A DNA stretch of 64,000 nt from Orbicella franksi (taxonomy: Eukaryota), in contig OZ116701.1 in NCBI GenBank assembly GCA_964199315.1, positions 15,996,001 through 16,060,000 on the forward strand, given 5' to 3'. Positions 58,518 through 64,000 of this stretch are shown here, piece after piece. Each line of letters starts with the position of its first letter. The stretch's first letter is position 1. The notes under the pieces were generated by a model, which saw nothing but the letters and a program-made list of their open reading frames with translations, had not been told where the DNA came from and searched no databases. The position numbers and the translations under genes are program-made.

Positions 58518-59960
58518 CAATGTCCGTGTACTTTTTTCAAATAATACGAAAGCCGAATTTGCCATGGAAACAAAAGACCGAGCAAGTGATTTCTCAGTAT
58601 TCAGCTCCTATTTTTGATGTTAAAAGATTCTTGCACAAGCTATTGCTCATCAAAAAAAATCATGCATGACCTAACGGTGAGAAAACATTTCATGCCATAG
58701 AAAATTGCCCAACTCCCGTCCAAAAAATGATGGGCCGTCTCTAACATGCAGCGGTTTTCGCTGCGACTCCGCTCTGAATTGTGAAAGTCAATGAGATTAG
58801 TTTCAAAGCTTCCCACCCTCCTTCTTTACTTCATATATCAAGGAAATCAAGGATGTGATTTCGCTTGAGATGCTTTAATAACCCTTTAATAACTTCTCCA
58901 CGGGTATTCTCGATATCTTTTTCAGCCATTTATTCGGCTATTTCGTCTTCGCTAAACGTTGAAATCTTTCATGCAAATTTCTAGCTTTCTGTTGCGTGAT
59001 GCCAGTCGTGGACTATTTATTTAATATCGGGCAATCTGTCAGTCGTTTACATAATAATAAACATTTTAATGTCCTAATGATGTATACATTCCAAATTTGG
59101 ACAACCTTCTAAGAAAATTCATCGGGCGATTTCGGACAATCACAAACGGGGAATGAATAATAAACCACAAACTGCGACAATCAGTTCACAGCATCGATTA
59201 CTAATTGCGTGGTGAAAGGTTTCATTGAAACCAAGCACAATTAACTCCAGTTCTTGCTGGGGCAAAAACAGATTTAATAATCTCCAAATAAATAAATAAA
59301 TAAATAATGATGATTGAGTCTGTTATGTGTGGCAACGCTTCCTGGTTTGCTGTCTAATAATTTATCATTAATTTAACTGTAAACTGTGCTCCTACGAAAT
59401 TTTAGCGGCAACAGCAGCCGCAAACAGTGCCTTCAACTAGGCAGTTAGTAATTTGCATTTTTTGGCATTCTTTGGGGTCATCATCGGGCGCAAACCACGA
59501 TAGCAGACGAAGTAGCAGAAATCCAAGTATTTCTTATTCTATTTTTGTTTCTTACCGAAGTCCTCCGCGAAAGCAGCATGATCATCACACGGCCCTGCGT
59601 GTTTCTGCGTATATGCATGTTCTATTGTTAATGTTTTGATTGAACAATGTAAGTCCCAATGTAAATTATTGATTGAGCTTGGTGGAGTCGTTTTTACGCA
59701 GTTCCATGTCTTATAATCTTTTATCTGACACAATTTTTTTTTACCTCCATTTCCCACTCAAACCACTTATTATTGTTTAAAAGACAGAGTCATGGGGAAC
59801 GAAAACTGTCGTGCAACCAGTCAGATCTCAGTCAGGCGGTGATTACTCTTCGAGTCTTACATTTTTCGCCCCTAAAGCTCTGGGATATTAACTAATCTAT
59901 TTGGGCCTCGTTCAGTTATAACATCGCTATCTCGTCAAATCAGTTTATGACTCTACTTAC

Positions 59961-60324
59961 CGTATATAGCTCCACGATCCTTCAGATTTTTTGAGGCCTC
60001 ATTGTCGTTTCGAGACATTATCATCGTTAAAGCTAAACCTAAAGTGACAACGGCAGTCACGAAAGCAAAAGCCGCAACAACGGCTGAAATGATCACCATT
60101 GGCCGAGCTGTAAACGTGTCCGAGTGATAGGCATTTTCAGACTCTGCTGACCACTTTCTTTTGTCCTCTTCTTGTTCTGAACTCTCCTCAAAGCTTGTCA
60201 GTTTTGTTGCAGGGCTGATAACTTCAATAGCTGTGGGCACATCATAGATTCCTGCCTCTGATTCTTGTTTGAGTGATTCCAGCTCGGAATAAAGGTTTTC
60301 CTCTGTGGAATGCTTCTTATTCAT
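59961..60324 (-). CDS. G5 exon 1 (type B): cytoplasmic tail and TM helix
   Basis: MNKKHSTEENLYSELESLKQESEAGIYDVP...MVIISAVVAAFAFVTAVVTLGLALTMIMSRND...GAIY-G|GTAAGT; 364 nt; phase 1. The assembled G5 protein is 292 aa. Confidence 0.88.
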
Positions 60325-62012
60325 CTTCCAATGCTAACAAACTAAGCGATTGATATTTCTTTTTCTCCTATACGAGACAGCAATTTTATTCCAACTAGAG
60401 AAGAGATAGTTTGCTCGTCACACATGTTCCGTCATGTGATATTCTTTGTTGACCTTCAGTTCTATTGTTTAGTGGACATGCACCAACGTCTGCATCCTTT
60501 GACTGATCGCGTGGAGACATCCATCAAAGGCGTCGAGTATTTTAAAGATATATTTGATCTGAAACAGAAACATTATTGACTTGCCCACACTCACTCTGCA
60601 ATGTCTGTTCAGTTGACTGACTTGGGAAAACTTGTACAATCTCAAAGCTTTGACCTGGCTTAGGACAATTTATGGAGCGGACTAGTAGACTCTTGACCTA
60701 TTGGACTGTTGGACTGTTTTTGGACGGTTTTTCTGTTTTTCCAGATTACTGTTACAAGTGGTTTGTTTTAATTCAAGGCAAATGTTTTTTCGGTCTTTTT
60801 TTTCGGCACCACATTGTTCTGACTAGTTCTTTTCAAGGCATACTGTAGCTGTTTTGTTTTGTGGGTTAAAGACACCATCTCTTTAAATTTTCAATACGCC
60901 GTTCTCAAGACACCACCTACATGAATCAGTCACACACCCAAGGAACTTCGAGAATACCTTTCGGTAATCGATTATGCTAATGAATTCGTAAACGATGCCG
61001 ACTCCAGTCAAAACACTCCAGGCAGTAATGGATGTCAGTCGCTGAGAGAAGAAATCCAGAAGAAAAGAGCCTACAATATCTAGATGATTTAAGGTCGGTC
61101 CTGTTTTGAGGTACTTCCAACTGAGAAATTCGAAACTCCTGGGCTTTATTACTAGTACGCATCTTTATTGCTCATCTTACCACTTCCAGACACGACATCA
61201 GCGAAAGATCTCTTGTCCATTCTCAACTCAAGCACAAACGATTTAATCTGTTGAACTCTTTTCAAAACGTTCGCTTGTACACGTTCGCCTCAGTTTACAA
61301 GTGAAACATAAACCTCCAGCTTTGAAATATTTTTCATGGCTTGCGACAGAAGCGTGACGATTCTGGTCTGTAGTACGAGTCTATTTTTTAAAGGATGGTC
61401 GGGAGAGGTGCTGGGAAATATATTCCTTCGTTTATATCACCAAAATTCTTCTTTGCACCGCTCCGTATATTTTTCTAATTTTTTTTTTTTCTATTGGGCT
61501 TTGGCCTGGTCTAATTTTATCTCTTCTGTTTTACTTTTTTTGGCCACCATTATACCACTTCAAGGCTTTTAAAAATTAAAAAGGATTAACAAATGTCCTA
61601 GTAAAGAGAACGTGATAAAATGCACATTTACTCACCTAGAACGTAAATGACCCCAACAAAGACTGACATTGAGAAAAAAATCAACACTGGTTGCCGATTG
61701 TATTTCAATAGCACCATTTGAAAAAGTTGTTATTCAGTTGCAATTTTTATGCTTTGAAAAAAATATCCTAACCATCTAACCTGTTGAAATTTGAGACTAT
61801 ATTTTATTGTAGAATAATCAGGATAGCAATTATATGTTAACCAGAGGACCAGTAGAACAAGCGCTACAAATCGGTTTCGGCGAGGCCTCCGGTCGTCGCT
61901 CGAGATGTGTAAATAACCATACGTGTACATCGTCTTGACAAAATTATGTGTGCCTATATTCAAAGTTCAAATTTTACACGCATACCCAACCAGACAGATA
62001 ATTCTTCTGATG

Positions 62013-63356
62013 GATCGTGACTAAAACACCACACGAGTACATATGAGTAACATACGAGTACAAACGAGTAACTGATACGAGTACATACTAGTACATACGA
62101 GTACACACGAGCACATACGAGTACATACGAGTACATACGAGTACATACGAGTAACATACGACTACAGTACATACGAGTAACGTATGAGCACATACAGACA
62201 AGTACGGTAATATAAAGGTTATATACGAATACACTACGAATGCATAGGAGCAACAATCGATGGCAGGAGGGTAATAAACATGAAATGTACCATCTTAATT
62301 TACATCATGATTTTGTTATTGTATAGTCAATAAAGTTCATAACTTTTTCTTTTTTCAATCATGAGACAGGTTTTCATAGCGTTATGTTTTGTTGCAGTTC
62401 TCGAGTACATCTGGTTACAGTTACCCGCCTAACGAATTTATAGGTTGTTGTTCAATTATCAATATACATTGGTTAATGCTTTGAGAAGTAGAAAATTCAT
62501 TTCAAAGTAATGTTGTTGTTTCCAGGCTTTATTTACCCGTTTTCTGACTTGCACTATGGAAGGGTATGTTATTGTACATAACCAATAAATCTAGATTAAA
62601 ATATATATGGAATTTTAATGTGCTTATGTAAACTGAATAACCAAAATTTGCAAATTTGAAAGAAAGTTAGACTGTTTTAACCTTCGCTTGAGGAAAGAGG
62701 GTTCAATTCATTGGATGAAAAGATACCCCTCCCCCCCTTCCCCGCAACTGCACGCCACATACACACACCCCGAAGCTTTTACTATGCTATCACTTCGAGG
62801 AAAATAATTCTATGAGACATTTGCACGCGCTAAATCTTGTGTGCTTTCATCGTAATCTGCGTATATTTGACGCGCAACGTCGCATCATATCACATCAGCG
62901 CTCAGGTTTGTTTGTGCGTGTGTGGCGCGTATGGAACGCGTACGGAGAACGTATGTATGTGCCGCAGGCACATGTGTGTGGTACGCGCGCGTGTGTGGCA
63001 CTTGCGCGCGCTCGCGTGTGTGTGCAAGACATGAACTTCGCTCATGTAAGATGAAATGTAAAGAAAAAAATGGTACATTTCATGTTTATTACCCTCCTGC
63101 CATCGTATGTTGCTCCTAGGTATTCGTATGTAACCAGTGTATTCGTATATAACCTGTGTATTACCGTATGTGTTTGTATGTACTCGTATGTTACTCGTAT
63201 GTAGTCGTATGTTATTGGTATGTACTCCTATATTACTCGTGTGTACTCGTATGTTACTCATATGTTACTCGTATGTCACTCGTATGTTACTCGTATGTTA
63301 CTCGTATGTACTCGTATGTTACTCGTAGGTACTCGTGTGGTGTTTTAGTCACGATA
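62013..63356. mobile_element. Non-autonomous MULE-like element with ~300-bp imperfect TIRs and (CATACGAGTA)n subterminal arrays
   Basis: GATCGTGACTAAAACACCACACGAGTAC / GTACTCGTGTGGTGTTTTAGTCACGAT termini; 9-bp near-duplication CTTCTGATG (62004-62012) / CTTCTGACG (63357-63365). Confidence 0.75.
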
Positions 63357-64000
63357 CTTCTGACGCCCTTTTTCACAAGCGCAGGCAGACTTTTCGTTAC
63401 AGTCTCGCTTTTCTTTTCATATTCTAACCAGTTCCACAAACTTAAGCACGAAATTGACCTTATTCTATCCGTAAGAGCCGGTTGATGTGTAAATGTTAAT
63501 TGTTGTAATATGTTTAGTGGAGGTTATAACTGACTCTGTCAATTTGTATATGCATTAGGTGCAATAATACCAGTAACATGCACACTAGCATTTAGTTAAA
63601 CTACTTCAGTTGCCCCCGCTGAACTTTTTCCTTGCTTTGTTTATGGGATATTTATATTTTTAAAGATAGTGCATGGACGTGCCCTCTCATTGGTCGATAG
63701 GTATAGGTGTGGTTAAATGAGAGTATGTAAATACGGTTGTGAAGAGAAATATTCTATAAAAGCGACAGAGTACTTTTTTTTTCGTGTTTACACAGCGTCA
63801 TCTAAACAGTCGGCTGGTTGGGAGAATTCTCAAAGGTTACGTTGGGTGTTCGGGTTTGCATTACGGTGTCAAATTTTCTCTACTCCCCTCGTGTTTAGAT
63901 GAGGCTCTGTAAACACGGAAAAAGTCCTCTAACACTTAAATAAGTAAGTTCAATAAACGAAAAGCGTTTTTCTATCGCTGTGGTAGTAGCATTTATTTAC

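Larger units (their letters stand above)
48740..59201. repeat. Segmental duplication beta, copy 2
   Basis: Colinear with ~34770-44705. Confidence 0.9.

Noticed and set aside
34770-59201. Duplication beta as two uncollapsed alleles rather than paralogs
   Set aside because: The copies differ by several TE insertions and large indels and have different first exons; the collagen exons differ at roughly 13 of 282 nt by manual count. Paralogy is favoured, but read depth is needed to exclude a haplotype artefact.

Overview
Eukaryotic, AT-rich, repeat-rich genomic DNA, most likely from a stony coral or other anthozoan. That assignment is inferred from the repeat families and gene type, not proven. 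The window holds a tandem array of minus-strand, multi-exon genes, reconstructed by hand from splice sites and paralog comparison. They encode type II transmembrane collagen-like proteins: an N-terminal cytoplasmic tail with two tyrosine motifs, a TM helix, optional short helical exons, a Gly-X-Y stalk of variable length (about 7, 18, 18 or 41 triplets) and a ~87-aa six-cysteine C-terminal domain I cannot assign to a named family. There are five first exons. G1 (6081-5751) has no downstream exons in the window. G2 (28788-18088) carries a premature stop. G3 (34393-31760) and G5 (60324-52772) appear intact. G4 (46528-39302) appears intact and chimeric. A sixth paralog survives only as a last-exon remnant (17836-17765). 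The array is built from segmental duplications (~1.4-6.8 kb vs 19.6-29.5 kb vs 45.7-47.0 kb; ~34.8-44.7 kb vs 48.7-59.2 kb). It is interspersed with an RTE LINE 3' end, three Penelope-like elements bearing hammerhead ribozyme motifs, a tRNA/Deu-domain SINE, TTAA-flanked Kolobok-like elements, Harbinger/Tc1/MULE/ISL2EU-like MITEs, Crypton relics, microsatellites and one 133-N assembly gap. There are no rRNA genes, true tRNA genes or CRISPR arrays. All gene models are inferred without transcript data.
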